Notes: generated from the sequence alone by a model not told the origin. A stretch of 64,000 nt of DNA from Quinella sp. 2Q5 (GCA_015206785.1 JADEZQ010000011.1:543-64542), one strand, 5' to 3'. Numbered from the stretch's first letter, positions 44,890 through 54,458 are shown. A program made the numbers and translations.

Positions 44890-46031
44890 GCCACGTAGAC
44901 CAAGTCCGTGCAAAATTTTTCCGCGCGAGACTTCTCGGCTTCCGCTTGAGTTTGCGGCGTCAATGAAAGCTCGACGACGTTGCCGGCCGCGCGAAGTTCG
45001 CCCGCCCGTTCGATGGCACAGACTTCGCGACCGACAGCGTATCCGACGAAAATTTTTTTGGTAGACGCAGTGGAGTCGGCGTGCTGAAATTTTCGCGCGT
45101 CCAAAATCCGTTCGATGCCCAGAGCAAAACCCGTGGCACTTCGCGCCGCGCCGAAGTCCGCCAACATGTTGTCATAGCGGCCGCCGCCCGCCAGAGAGTA
45201 TCCAACGCCTGGCGCGTACGCCTCGAAGACCATGCCCGTGTAGTATTCGAAGTCGCGAATCAAACCGAGGTCGAAGGTGATTTTGTCAGCGACGCCATAA
45301 ACTTCCAGCAGCCGATAAATTTCCGACAGGTCGTCCAATGCGCGGCGGGAGCTGTCGTTGTCGGCGAGGGCTTGCGCGTCGGTGAGCAGGTCACGTCCGC
45401 CTTGGAGCGCGGGAATTTTTTTCAGCGCGTCGGGTATCGGCAACGAGTTCAACGCAACGATGTCGTGGCGTTCGATGGCGGTCTTAATCTGCGTCTGAAG
45501 GTCGTGCGGCAGATTTTGCATCAGCCCCGCGGCAAAGTCCACGTGCCCCAGCGAAATTCTGAAGTCCACCAGCCCCGCGACACTCAACGCCTGCGCGGCG
45601 AGGGCAACGATCTCGGCGTCGGCGAAGGCGTTTGAAGTTCCGATAAGCTCGACGCCAGCCTGATGGAATTCGCATTGACGGCCTGGCTGATTGGTGCGGA
45701 AGCGGAAGACGTTCGACAGATACGACAGCTTGAGCGGCAACGGCGCGTCGTTCAGCCGCGCAGAAACCAGCCGCGCAATCGGCGTGGTCATCTCGTGGCG
45801 CAGGGCAAGCGTGTGGTTGTTGCGGTCAAACATCTTGAACAGGTGCGGCTCAATGACACGCCCGCCGGAAGTCGTGAGCGTCTCCAAGTATTCCATCGTC
45901 GGGGTGACGACCTCATCATAGCCGAAGGCGGCGAACAGTTTAATCAGCCGCTGTTCAACGGCGCGTTTGGTAGCGGCCTCCGCGGGCAGAAAGTCCCGCG
46001 TGCCATAGGGCGTCTCCAAAAGTCCTGTCAT
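44886..46031 (-). CDS. hisZ: ATP phosphoribosyltransferase regulatory subunit (HisS paralog)
   Basis: GTRDFLP start and a class-II aaRS-like core without an anticodon-binding domain (381 aa). Confidence 0.8.
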   Translation of the reverse strand: MTGLLETPYGTRDFLPAEAATKRAVEQRLIKLFAAFGYDEVVTPTMEYLETLTTSGGRVIEPHLFKMFDRNNHTLALRHEMTTPIARLVSARLNDAPLPLKLSYLSNVFRFRTNQPGRQCEFHQAGVELIGTSNAFADAEIVALAAQALSVAGLVDFRISLGHVDFAAGLMQNLPHDLQTQIKTAIERHDIVALNSLPIPDALKKIPALQGGRDLLTDAQALADNDSSRRALDDLSEIYRLLEVYGVADKITFDLGLIRDFEYYTGMVFEAYAPGVGYSLAGGGRYDNMLADFGAARSATGFALGIERILDARKFQHADSTASTKKIFVGYAVGREVCAIERAGELRAAGNVVELSLTPQTQAEAEKSRAEKFCTDLVYVA

Positions 46032-46043
46032 CCAAAAACCTCC

Positions 46044-47648
46044 TCATGTGCCGAAGGAAATGTCGGCCTCGAACATGCGATTCCACGGGAAGCTCACGCG
46101 CAGACGGTCGTTGCCGGTGAAGGCGGGCAAGTTCCCCTGCGCGAAGTATTCCAGTAGTTCGGCGCAAGTAGCGGCGGCGGCAGCGCGTTTGCCGTCCAAA
46201 ACCTCGTAGCGTCCGTCGCCGTCAATCCAATTCAACTGCGCGGCACCAATCTGCCTGACGTTCGCCTGATAAGCCCAGTCGTCCAGATATCGGCGCAACA
46301 GCAGTTCGTTTATGCGGTTGTCGTTCATGCGTGCGGTCAATATTCCCGCCGCCAGCGCAAAGCCCGAAGAGTTCGTCGGCGTATTCCAGCCCGCGTAGGC
46401 ACTCAGCTTGAAGAGCAAACCGCGTTGGCGAAGCTGAATCATCAGCGCGTTGTCGGAGCCGTTTGCGAAGGCGATATCCGCCACGATAACTTTGCGGCCG
46501 TCGGCGACGTGATTCTGAACGATATCGGCGAAGGCGAAGGTTCCGCCGCGCGGCGTGCCGTTGTTGAGGGCGTCGTCCGCCTCGAAGGTCATGCCGTCGG
46601 GGTTGGTGTTGACGGTCAGCACAAAGTCCGCGTCCGTCGCCTTGTCGGTTGAAGTCGCGCCCGTCGCATTGATTGCCGCACGAATCGATTCGTCAATCGT
46701 CTCGTCGGAATAGGAGGGAATGGTCTCGCCGCCGCGCCCCCAATTATATTCGACGAAAACTTTCGGGCTCCGGTTGGTGTTGATGTTGACTGCCCGCGCC
46801 AAAAGCACCAGCCCCGCCTCGTCAATGCCGGCCGTCGTCAGATATCGATTGGCACCGATGCCGCGCCCGTATTCCAGGAGCTTGCGACCCTCGTTGTGCG
46901 TCTGTGAATATGGTGCGTTGTCGTCGCGGCCGATAAGAAGATAATCAAACGTCTTGTCGCGGGCATAGTCGATGAGTTTTTTGTTGGCGTCGAAATTTTT
47001 TTCGCGCCGCCCCATCCAGTCGGCAATCGCCCGTTCGGGAATGAGCCGTTGCAGAAAGTTGAACTCCTTAATCTCGCGCGGGCTCAGACCGACGAGTTCT
47101 TGCTTGTCCATCAGCTCCGTCAGGCGGAAGATATTCGTGCCGTAGTAGCGATAATAATCCGGTTCCTCGTAGCCCGAAGCCAGACCCGTGCGCGGCGTGC
47201 GCATCACCGAGCCGAAGACATACAGCGGAAGTTTTTTGTGGCGGCGGCGAAATTCGTTGAACAAATCTGCGCGGGCAAGGACGGTGTCGCCGTCATAATC
47301 GTGTTTGCGCGAGCCGATGAGACTTCCGTACAGCAGGGCGTCCGACGAGATAACCGCGGCGGTCAAATCTTTGGTGGCGTTCTTGTTCAGCCAGTCCCAA
47401 AGCAAATCGGGATCGCCGCTGTCTTGGCGGTTGCCCAAAAGATTTTCGGGCGGGGCAACGATTTCAACGCCCGCCTTCTCTAAAATCTCGATGGTCTGCT
47501 TGTTGACGACGGGTCGGCTGTCGTGGGGAATGTACAAAATTTTTTCGCGGACGATCTTCTTGCGTGCCGAGCAGTTGCCCGTTAGCACGAGCAGAACTGT
47601 CAGCACGCAGACCGTCACGCGCAACATCAATTGCGTAATCAAAATCAT
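46044..47648 (-). CDS. DUF4127-like secreted/membrane-anchored protein
   Basis: N-terminal hydrophobic segment, then KILYIPHDSRPV, which I associate with DUF4127. The family assignment is from memory only. Confidence 0.55.
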   Translation of the reverse strand: MILITQLMLRVTVCVLTVLLVLTGNCSARKKIVREKILYIPHDSRPVVNKQTIEILEKAGVEIVAPPENLLGNRQDSGDPDLLWDWLNKNATKDLTAAVISSDALLYGSLIGSRKHDYDGDTVLARADLFNEFRRRHKKLPLYVFGSVMRTPRTGLASGYEEPDYYRYYGTNIFRLTELMDKQELVGLSPREIKEFNFLQRLIPERAIADWMGRREKNFDANKKLIDYARDKTFDYLLIGRDDNAPYSQTHNEGRKLLEYGRGIGANRYLTTAGIDEAGLVLLARAVNINTNRSPKVFVEYNWGRGGETIPSYSDETIDESIRAAINATGATSTDKATDADFVLTVNTNPDGMTFEADDALNNGTPRGGTFAFADIVQNHVADGRKVIVADIAFANGSDNALMIQLRQRGLLFKLSAYAGWNTPTNSSGFALAAGILTARMNDNRINELLLRRYLDDWAYQANVRQIGAAQLNWIDGDGRYEVLDGKRAAAAATCAELLEYFAQGNLPAFTGNDRLRVSFPWNRMFEADISFGT

Positions 47649-48328
47649 CTCCTCTTCTTGGCGGCGCGAATGTCACCCCAAAGGTCGCGTGCCTTGTCGA
47701 AAATCCGCGGTTCTCGTTCACGGACAGACTGGTCGCCAATCAGCCGCGAAAGATAGCTTGTGGTCTTCTGCATGTCACCGAGCCGATAGTAAATCGCCGC
47801 GACGAGATAGACCACGGCGTTGTCGGTCAGCTCACCGATGGGGAAGTGTTCCTTGGCAAGAGCCGCCTCGTAAAATTCAGCCGCCTTCGCAAGAAATTCG
47901 TTCTCTTGGTTGACGTCGCCTGCCTCGCGATAGATCCACGCCAATTGGTGCGCATACTTCGCCTTCTTGGACGCCTTGCCGTTGATGATGTCCAAAAACT
48001 TCAACGCCAGACGGAATGCGGTGGAAGCGTTGCCGAGCGTTCTCTCCTCGGCGAAGGGGATTTTGATGTTCTTGCCGATGAGTGCGCCGCGAAGAATCGC
48101 CAGGTGTCGGTCGGGGATCTTGGTGGTGAAGGTCGTCTCGTCCGCCGCAAAGCCGCAGTGTTCGCAGACCCAAACGGTGTACAGATACGGGCAGAAATCT
48201 TTGTAATGGGTGCAGGCGTCCTCGTCGCGGCTGACGACGGGAATGCGCGAACGAACCTTGACCACGCGCGTCATTTGTTCGCAGATGGGGCAGGGTTTCT
48301 CGACGACGAATGTGTTATCAACTGCCAT
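47645..48328 (-). CDS. DUF2225-like zinc-ribbon/TPR-like protein
   Basis: CPICEQ followed by CEHCGF as a zinc ribbon, then a helical repeat region. Has a 4-nt overlap with the downstream gene. Confidence 0.6.
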   Translation of the reverse strand: MAVDNTFVVEKPCPICEQMTRVVKVRSRIPVVSRDEDACTHYKDFCPYLYTVWVCEHCGFAADETTFTTKIPDRHLAILRGALIGKNIKIPFAEERTLGNASTAFRLALKFLDIINGKASKKAKYAHQLAWIYREAGDVNQENEFLAKAAEFYEAALAKEHFPIGELTDNAVVYLVAAIYYRLGDMQKTTSYLSRLIGDQSVREREPRIFDKARDLWGDIRAAKKRR

Positions 48329-48332
48329 AACG

Positions 48333-51300
48333 TCACCGCAGATATTTGTTGCACAGAGCCTTGAGCTGTGGAGCCGCCGCCTCGGAAAGATAATCCGCCT
48401 TGAGCCGCCAGCCCCAGTTCGTGCCGACGGTGCCAGGCGTGTTCATGCGGTTGCGACTGTCCAGCTTGAGGATGTCTTGCATAGGCACGATGGCAAAGCG
48501 CGAATTCGATGCGTAAGCAAACTCGATGAGCTTCTTGCAAACGTCGTCGGGTCTGCGAACATCAGCACCGATTAGCGCGGCAATGGTCGGCTTGCTGTCG
48601 TTGTCGACGTCTTCCATGAACCAGCCGACGGTCGTGTTGTTGTCGTGCGTGCCGGTGTATGTGATGGAGTTTTCGGGCGGGACAAAGCCGATGCGTCCGT
48701 GTTCGTTGAAGTGCAGCTCGAAGTGCAGAACCTTCATGCCCGGGAAGCCGCAATCTTCGCGAAGGGCGTCCACGGCGTCGGTGATGATGCCCAGGTCTTC
48801 GGCAACAATCTGCGCGTCGCCAATCTCCTTGCGAATCTCGTTGAAGAACTTGAGTCCGGGACCTTTGAGCCATTCGCCGTGAACGGCAGTCTTCGCGTCG
48901 CCGTCAATCGACCAATACGACTCGAACGCACGGAAATGATCCACGCGCACGATGTCCACCTGCTCATAAATCCGCTTGAAACGCAACTTCCACCACTTGA
49001 ACTTCGTCGCGGTCATCTCGTCCCAATCGTATTGCGGGTTGCCCCAGAGCTGACCGGTCGCGCTGAAATAATCGGGCGGAACCCCCGCAACTTTCTTCGG
49101 GCTGCCGTCAACGTTCAGCATGAACTCCTGCTGATTCGCCCAGACGTCCGCGCTGTCGGCACTGACGAAGATCGGCATGTCGCCCATGATTTGAATGCCG
49201 CGTTCCAAAGCATAACGATGAAGCTTCTGCCATTGCCGCTCGAAGATGAACTGTTCAAACTCGGCGAAGAGAATTTCGTCGGCAAGCTCACGTTTCCACG
49301 CGGCGAGAACTTTTTTGTCGCGCTTCTTAAGTTGGTCGTCCCACTCAATCCAATACGTGCCGCCGTGCTTGGATTTGATGGCGTCGAACAGCGCGTAATC
49401 GTCCAGCCAATATTTTTGCGCCGCGCAAAAAGTTTTGAAGTCCTCGGCGAGCTTGGTGTCGGTCTTGAGCCGTGACTTGAAGTTCTCGAACGCCTTCAGC
49501 AATGCCGCGTGCTTGAGCTTGTCGACGGTCTCGAACTCGACGAGACGTGCCTTGGCGAGCCTGGCGGGAACTTTGACGTCCGCCTCGTTAAGCAAGCCGT
49601 CCTCAATCAGCGCGTCGATGGAAATCATCATTGGGTTGCCCGCGAAAGCCGACGGCGATTGATACGGCGAGTAACCGTAGCCGACGGGATTGAGCGGCAG
49701 GATTTGCCAGATGGATTGCCCCGCGGCTTTGAGGTAATCGACGAACGCGAACGCCTCCTCGGAACCGATATCGCCGATGCCGTATTTCGACGGCAGGCTC
49801 GTCGGGTGCAAGAGAATTCCTGCGCGGCGGTCGTAATTCTGTTGTTGCGGCACGTGGTGAAGCAGAAGTCCTTCCAGAGGCTCCAGCTTGAAGTTCACAC
49901 GTCCACGGGTCACTGGGAATTTTTTATTCGGGTCGGTCTCGTCGAAGGCGTCGACGAACGCGCCGTTGGCAAAGTCGCTCACGTCGAAGGAAACTTCTTT
50001 GGAACGGTTGCGCGAACGATTGAACGCGACGAGATAAACGTCGTTGTCAGCCTCGTGCCCGAAGACGTCGTGTCCGTTGCGAATGACGCGGGCATAAGCG
50101 ACGATGTCACCCTTCGACGGCAAAGGAAGCAGTTCGCCGGTCTGCAGAACAAGTTTGTCGTTGCGCAGCTTGATGAATTTTTTGTACGTCGCGAGAAGTT
50201 CTTGATCGCCGCCGCCCCAAGGATATGGTCTGCGGTTCGTCGGGTCTTTGAAGCCCTGCATGCCCACTTCGTCGCCGTAATAAATGCACGGCACGCCGGG
50301 ATATGTCATCTGCCAAAGAGCCGCCATCTTCAGCCGCGCCTTGCCGAGTTTCTCAGCCGCCGCATCCAGACGGAACCTCGACTGCTCAACCGCGGGCATT
50401 TGATCATAGTATGGAGCCTCGCCGAAAATCGTCACGGGTCTCATGATGTCGTGGCTGGCAATCAAGTTCATCATCGCATAGAAATTTTCTTTCGGGTAGT
50501 TCTCGCGCAAGCTCTCCATCCGCCGCATGCACAGCTCGCCATCAATCGCGCCGAGTATGAAGTCGAAGATGTGCGCGCGCAACGGATAGTTCATCGCCGA
50601 ATCCATCTCGTAGCCGCAAAGATATTGTCGCTGAACGCCGTAAGCTATCTTGTTGGACGCGTCTTCCCAAACCTCGCCAATCATCACGGCTTCGGGGTCA
50701 ATCTTCTTCAGCTCGGCGAAGAACAATCGGCTAAACTCGGCGGGCAGCTCGTCAATCACGTCCAACCGCCAGCCGCTGATACCTTCGCGCATCCAATGTT
50801 TGAGGACGCTGTCTTTGCCGCGAATGATGAAGTCCATGTAGCTCGGCGTGGTCTCGCGGACATTGGGCAGCGTGTCGAAGTTCCACCAGCTGTCGTAATC
50901 GGTCGGGTAGTTGCGGAAGTCGTACCACTCGTAGTAAGGCGAATCTTTCGACTGGAACGCACCAACGGTATCGTACGCGCCCTTGCGGTTGAAATAGCGG
51001 CTGTTGCTGCCCGTGTGGCTGAAGACGCCGTCAATGATGATGCGTATGCCTTTGGACTTGGCAACGTCGATGAGATGTTTGAAGTCGTCGTTCGTGCCGA
51101 GTATGGGATCAATCTTGTGATAGTCGCCCGTGTCGTAATGATGGTTGCTTTCGGACTCGAAGATGGGGTTGAAGTAAATCGCGCTTATGCCCAGCTCCTT
51201 AAGGTAGTCAAGCTTCTTCTCCACGCCGCGCAGGTTGCCGCCGAAGAAATCATACGCAACGATCTCTTTGGTGTCGACGTCCTTGAAGTAGACGGGGTCG

Positions 51301-51809
51301 TCGTTCCAGCTTGCATGAAAGACCGCGCCGGTTTTCTCGACGATCTCGTTGCCGTCGCGATAAAATCTGTCGGGGAAGATTTGATACATCACCGCGTGCT
51401 TGAACCAGTCTGGAGTCTTTGCGCCGCGCTGATAGACTGTGATTTGGAAGGCGGGCGGCTGATGGTCATAGAGTTCGCCGACGCCGCCGAGGAGTTCGGG
51501 GTTGTTGCCGTAGTAGTAAGTTCTTCCGCCCGTGACGATGATGAAGTAATACCAGAGCAATCCGCCGCGGTCAGGCATCTTCACGGCGAGCGAGAAAAAT
51601 TTTTCGGCGGACTTGTCGTCGCGCGTTGTGAGCGTCGACCACTTTTCGCCCGCGCCTTCAACCCACGTATGCAACAGCACCTGCTTAATCACGGCTTCGG
51701 TCTTAATGCGAATGCCCAGCCGAACGGTTGAGCCGGCCTCTGCCGCGCCGACAGTCGAGCGGTAGTAAATGTTCTGCGAGTTGTGCAGGACGTCTTTCTT
51801 GTCAATCAT
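48333..51809 (-). CDS. Fusion of a GH13 alpha-amylase-family enzyme with a GH77 4-alpha-glucanotransferase (MalQ)
   Basis: N-terminal roughly 640 aa carries GH13 regions DGVFSHT, GWRLDVIDE, EVWE and LIASHD. C-terminal roughly 500 aa starts RRAGILLHPTSLPSKYGIGD with YSPYQSPSAF (MalQ). Confidence 0.85.
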   Translation of the reverse strand: MIDKKDVLHNSQNIYYRSTVGAAEAGSTVRLGIRIKTEAVIKQVLLHTWVEGAGEKWSTLTTRDDKSAEKFFSLAVKMPDRGGLLWYYFIIVTGGRTYYYGNNPELLGGVGELYDHQPPAFQITVYQRGAKTPDWFKHAVMYQIFPDRFYRDGNEIVEKTGAVFHASWNDDPVYFKDVDTKEIVAYDFFGGNLRGVEKKLDYLKELGISAIYFNPIFESESNHHYDTGDYHKIDPILGTNDDFKHLIDVAKSKGIRIIIDGVFSHTGSNSRYFNRKGAYDTVGAFQSKDSPYYEWYDFRNYPTDYDSWWNFDTLPNVRETTPSYMDFIIRGKDSVLKHWMREGISGWRLDVIDELPAEFSRLFFAELKKIDPEAVMIGEVWEDASNKIAYGVQRQYLCGYEMDSAMNYPLRAHIFDFILGAIDGELCMRRMESLRENYPKENFYAMMNLIASHDIMRPVTIFGEAPYYDQMPAVEQSRFRLDAAAEKLGKARLKMAALWQMTYPGVPCIYYGDEVGMQGFKDPTNRRPYPWGGGDQELLATYKKFIKLRNDKLVLQTGELLPLPSKGDIVAYARVIRNGHDVFGHEADNDVYLVAFNRSRNRSKEVSFDVSDFANGAFVDAFDETDPNKKFPVTRGRVNFKLEPLEGLLLHHVPQQQNYDRRAGILLHPTSLPSKYGIGDIGSEEAFAFVDYLKAAGQSIWQILPLNPVGYGYSPYQSPSAFAGNPMMISIDALIEDGLLNEADVKVPARLAKARLVEFETVDKLKHAALLKAFENFKSRLKTDTKLAEDFKTFCAAQKYWLDDYALFDAIKSKHGGTYWIEWDDQLKKRDKKVLAAWKRELADEILFAEFEQFIFERQWQKLHRYALERGIQIMGDMPIFVSADSADVWANQQEFMLNVDGSPKKVAGVPPDYFSATGQLWGNPQYDWDEMTATKFKWWKLRFKRIYEQVDIVRVDHFRAFESYWSIDGDAKTAVHGEWLKGPGLKFFNEIRKEIGDAQIVAEDLGIITDAVDALREDCGFPGMKVLHFELHFNEHGRIGFVPPENSITYTGTHDNNTTVGWFMEDVDNDSKPTIAALIGADVRRPDDVCKKLIEFAYASNSRFAIVPMQDILKLDSRNRMNTPGTVGTNWGWRLKADYLSEAAAPQLKALCNKYLR

Positions 51810-53069
51810 CTAATCATCTCCGTTTCCTATCGTGGCTCTGAACGACGCCAGCAGCTCAAAATAATTCTCCGTCTCCACGAAACGATCCCAACGCGCCGCG
51901 CGTCGATAGTCGCTGATGAGTTGGCGCACGAAGTTCATGCAGTTCCGGTGGATATTGCTGACGACGGGATAGGGCAGCACGAGAATCTGCGGCAGGGCGC
52001 GGAGCATCATCATAATTTCCGCGAAGGTCATGCGCGTGAAGTGCGTGCGGTTGATTGCGCGAAGGGCGGCCTCCTCCATAAAGGAACCGCGGCTGTCTTT
52101 CGGGAAGCTCCGTCGCAGAATCCCCGCCAGAGCTCGGCACGTGAGCAACGTCTCCAGCTTGCCCGCGAAAAAATCTTCGGGGGTATCGGCACGGGCGGCG
52201 GGCAACAAAAATTTTTCCAGCAGACGGAAATAATCTTCGCGGTCAAAACTTTTCGGCGGCGTGTAGTTTCCGACGCGCAGCTTGCGATAGCTCAGGATAC
52301 CCGCGTCGAAGACGTCGTTGCGGTCGTTTGTGGCGAAGGCTTCAGCGTCGTCGGTGGCGGACAGAAATTCTGCGCGGCTCTTGACGTAGCGATTGACGAC
52401 GATTTTGTCGGCGAGGACGGGCTCGTTGCCCCAATGCGTCACGCGTTGACCGTTGCTGTTGACGGCGAAGCGACCATCGAAGTAGTAGGCGAAGTGCGGG
52501 TTGATGATGGCGCGGACGAACCGCGGGTTGGCAATCGTCTTGACGTGAATGTTGCCGACGGGAAGGGCGTCGTCCTTCGGCGGAATGAACCAATCGTCGG
52601 GTGCGCGGCGAGTGAATCTTTCCAGAACGCCGCGGCTGAAGTCGGCATTGACCTGACCATTCGAACCGAACGTTTGACGATTAATCGCAAGCGCGGCAGC
52701 TCGTTCGTCCTGCGACAAAATTTCGTCGACGACCTCAGCAATGGAACCGCCCGCCTTGGGAAAGATGAATTCGTCCGTATCGATGAACGCCATCAATCTG
52801 CAGGCGAACTTGAACTTGAGAACGGCGTCGTTGTAAACGGGAATCGTCATGTCGTCGCCTTTGACGGCAAAACAATCGACCAGCCGCGCCGAAAGATACG
52901 GCTTGAGAACTTCGCGAACGTCCTCGCCGCCGTCTGTGTCGTACAGGAAAAAATGTTCGACGCCCGCCGCCAAATGATAGTCGAGCCACTCGCGCAGATA
53001 GTGACTGACGCCGCGCGGCAGAAGCGACGTGACTGCCAGGTCGTACAGGAAAAACTGCTTGTCGACCAT
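51810..53069 (-). CDS. Glycosyltransferase (GT2/GT92-like Glyco_tranf_2_4 fold) with a C-terminal helical domain, paralog 1
   Basis: REWLDYHLAAGVEHFFLYDTDGGED and FIDTDEF (DxD) motifs. Confidence 0.65.
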   Translation of the reverse strand: MVDKQFFLYDLAVTSLLPRGVSHYLREWLDYHLAAGVEHFFLYDTDGGEDVREVLKPYLSARLVDCFAVKGDDMTIPVYNDAVLKFKFACRLMAFIDTDEFIFPKAGGSIAEVVDEILSQDERAAALAINRQTFGSNGQVNADFSRGVLERFTRRAPDDWFIPPKDDALPVGNIHVKTIANPRFVRAIINPHFAYYFDGRFAVNSNGQRVTHWGNEPVLADKIVVNRYVKSRAEFLSATDDAEAFATNDRNDVFDAGILSYRKLRVGNYTPPKSFDREDYFRLLEKFLLPAARADTPEDFFAGKLETLLTCRALAGILRRSFPKDSRGSFMEEAALRAINRTHFTRMTFAEIMMMLRALPQILVLPYPVVSNIHRNCMNFVRQLISDYRRAARWDRFVETENYFELLASFRATIGNGDD

Positions 53070-53084
53070 CGAACCACCTCCGAA

Positions 53085-54344
53085 TTATTTTATCAGCCGC
53101 AAAAATTTTTGTAGCTGAAGCATTTCCATCCGCGCCCGCCAATCGTGTGAGACTTTGTGCGCCGCGCAGAACCTTGGGATTAGAACTTCTTGCGTTAGAT
53201 GATTGAGCTTGCGGGTTATCGGCGAGGGTCGCGCCAAAATTTCCGGCAGGGCACGCGTGAACTGTCGAACCTCCGCCGTCGTGATAGATTTGGCGCGAAG
53301 CAACGTTTGAGCTATCCAGACGAGCGCGAACTCTTCCGCCGAGCGCGAACCGATTTGCGTGCCGAACACTTCAGCCAACGCCCGACACGTTAGGAAAGTT
53401 TCCAGCTTGCCCGTGAAAAAATCCGGCGGGGCGTCGAACGGCGAAGTCTGCGTTAAAATCTGCGTCAAGACCTCTTGCACGCGGCGAACTCTTTCGGCTT
53501 CGGGCTCGATGAAAAAATTTTTTGCACGCGCCGCGCGATAGCTGATGATTCCGTCGTCGAAGACCTCGTTGCGGTCGAAGCGGGCGAACATTTCCATGCG
53601 CCTGGGGTTGCTGGCGAAGAACGCGTCGTTGCGGCTGACCTTGGCGGCGAATTCTGCGCGGCTCTTAGTGTAGTAGTGATTGAGGACGATTTTGTCCGTG
53701 GCGATGTTGAGATTGCCCGCGCGGGAGATTTCGTTGCCGCGGCTGTCGACGGACTTCATGTCGCCGAAATAAACAGCGTAGTGCGGTCCGAAGAAGTAAT
53801 CGACGCGGCGGGGATTGACGATGGATTTGATGTAGACGTTGCCGCTCGTGATACCCTTGTCGCTAATGAAAGTCCAATCGTCGGGTGCGCGGCGGGTGAA
53901 GCGTTCCAAAACGCCGCGGCTCAAATCCGCTTCGACCTGACCGTTGGAGCCGAAGTATTGCATGTTGATTCCGACTGCGGCAATCGTCTCGTCGCGGGAA
54001 AAAATTTCGTCGACGGTCTCAAAGATACTCGCGCCCGTCTTCGGGAAGATGAACTCGTCGAGATCGATGAAGGCGATGTATTTGCATTCGAAGCGGTGGT
54101 TGGCAACGGCGTCGTCATAGGCGGGGTTTTGCATAAGTTTGCCTTGCCAGTCGGTGACGGTGACGAGACCTGCATACGGCGCGAGCACCTCGGCGAAGTT
54201 GTCGGTGCTGCCGTTGTCGTAAAGGTAGAAGTGTTCGACGCCCGCCGCCAGATGATAATCGAGCCATTCGCCCAGATACGCCGCCTCGTCCTTGAAGATC
54301 GCCGCGACCGCCAGCTTATACGGGAAAACTTCGACAGCCATCAA
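53085..54344 (-). CDS. Glycosyltransferase (GT2/GT92-like) with a C-terminal helical domain, paralog 2
   Basis: GEWLDYHLAAGVEHFYLYDNGSTDN and FIDLDEF. Same 419-aa length as the neighbour and collinear with it. Confidence 0.65.
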   Translation of the reverse strand: MMAVEVFPYKLAVAAIFKDEAAYLGEWLDYHLAAGVEHFYLYDNGSTDNFAEVLAPYAGLVTVTDWQGKLMQNPAYDDAVANHRFECKYIAFIDLDEFIFPKTGASIFETVDEIFSRDETIAAVGINMQYFGSNGQVEADLSRGVLERFTRRAPDDWTFISDKGITSGNVYIKSIVNPRRVDYFFGPHYAVYFGDMKSVDSRGNEISRAGNLNIATDKIVLNHYYTKSRAEFAAKVSRNDAFFASNPRRMEMFARFDRNEVFDDGIISYRAARAKNFFIEPEAERVRRVQEVLTQILTQTSPFDAPPDFFTGKLETFLTCRALAEVFGTQIGSRSAEEFALVWIAQTLLRAKSITTAEVRQFTRALPEILARPSPITRKLNHLTQEVLIPRFCAAHKVSHDWRARMEMLQLQKFLRLIK

Positions 54345-54429
54345 ATCACCTCCGCGGAAAATATTTCGGGGGATATTTCCCCAACTTTGCCGTCAAACCT
54401 TTCACGCGGCGAAAAAATTTTTCGGCGGC

Positions 54430-54458
54430 TTGATTCCGCGTGCACCGTGCGCTATAGT
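54430..54458 (+). promoter_or_regulatory. Sigma-70-type promoter for the deacetylase/hisK unit
   Basis: TTGATT, 17 nt, TATAGT. Confidence 0.5.

Noticed and set aside
44380-44913. SCIFF precursor (scfA) hidden between hisZ and the maturase.
   Set aside because: The interval is fully occupied by an HD-domain ORF whose two ends overlap its neighbours. No Cys-rich roughly 45-codon frame is visible on either strand.
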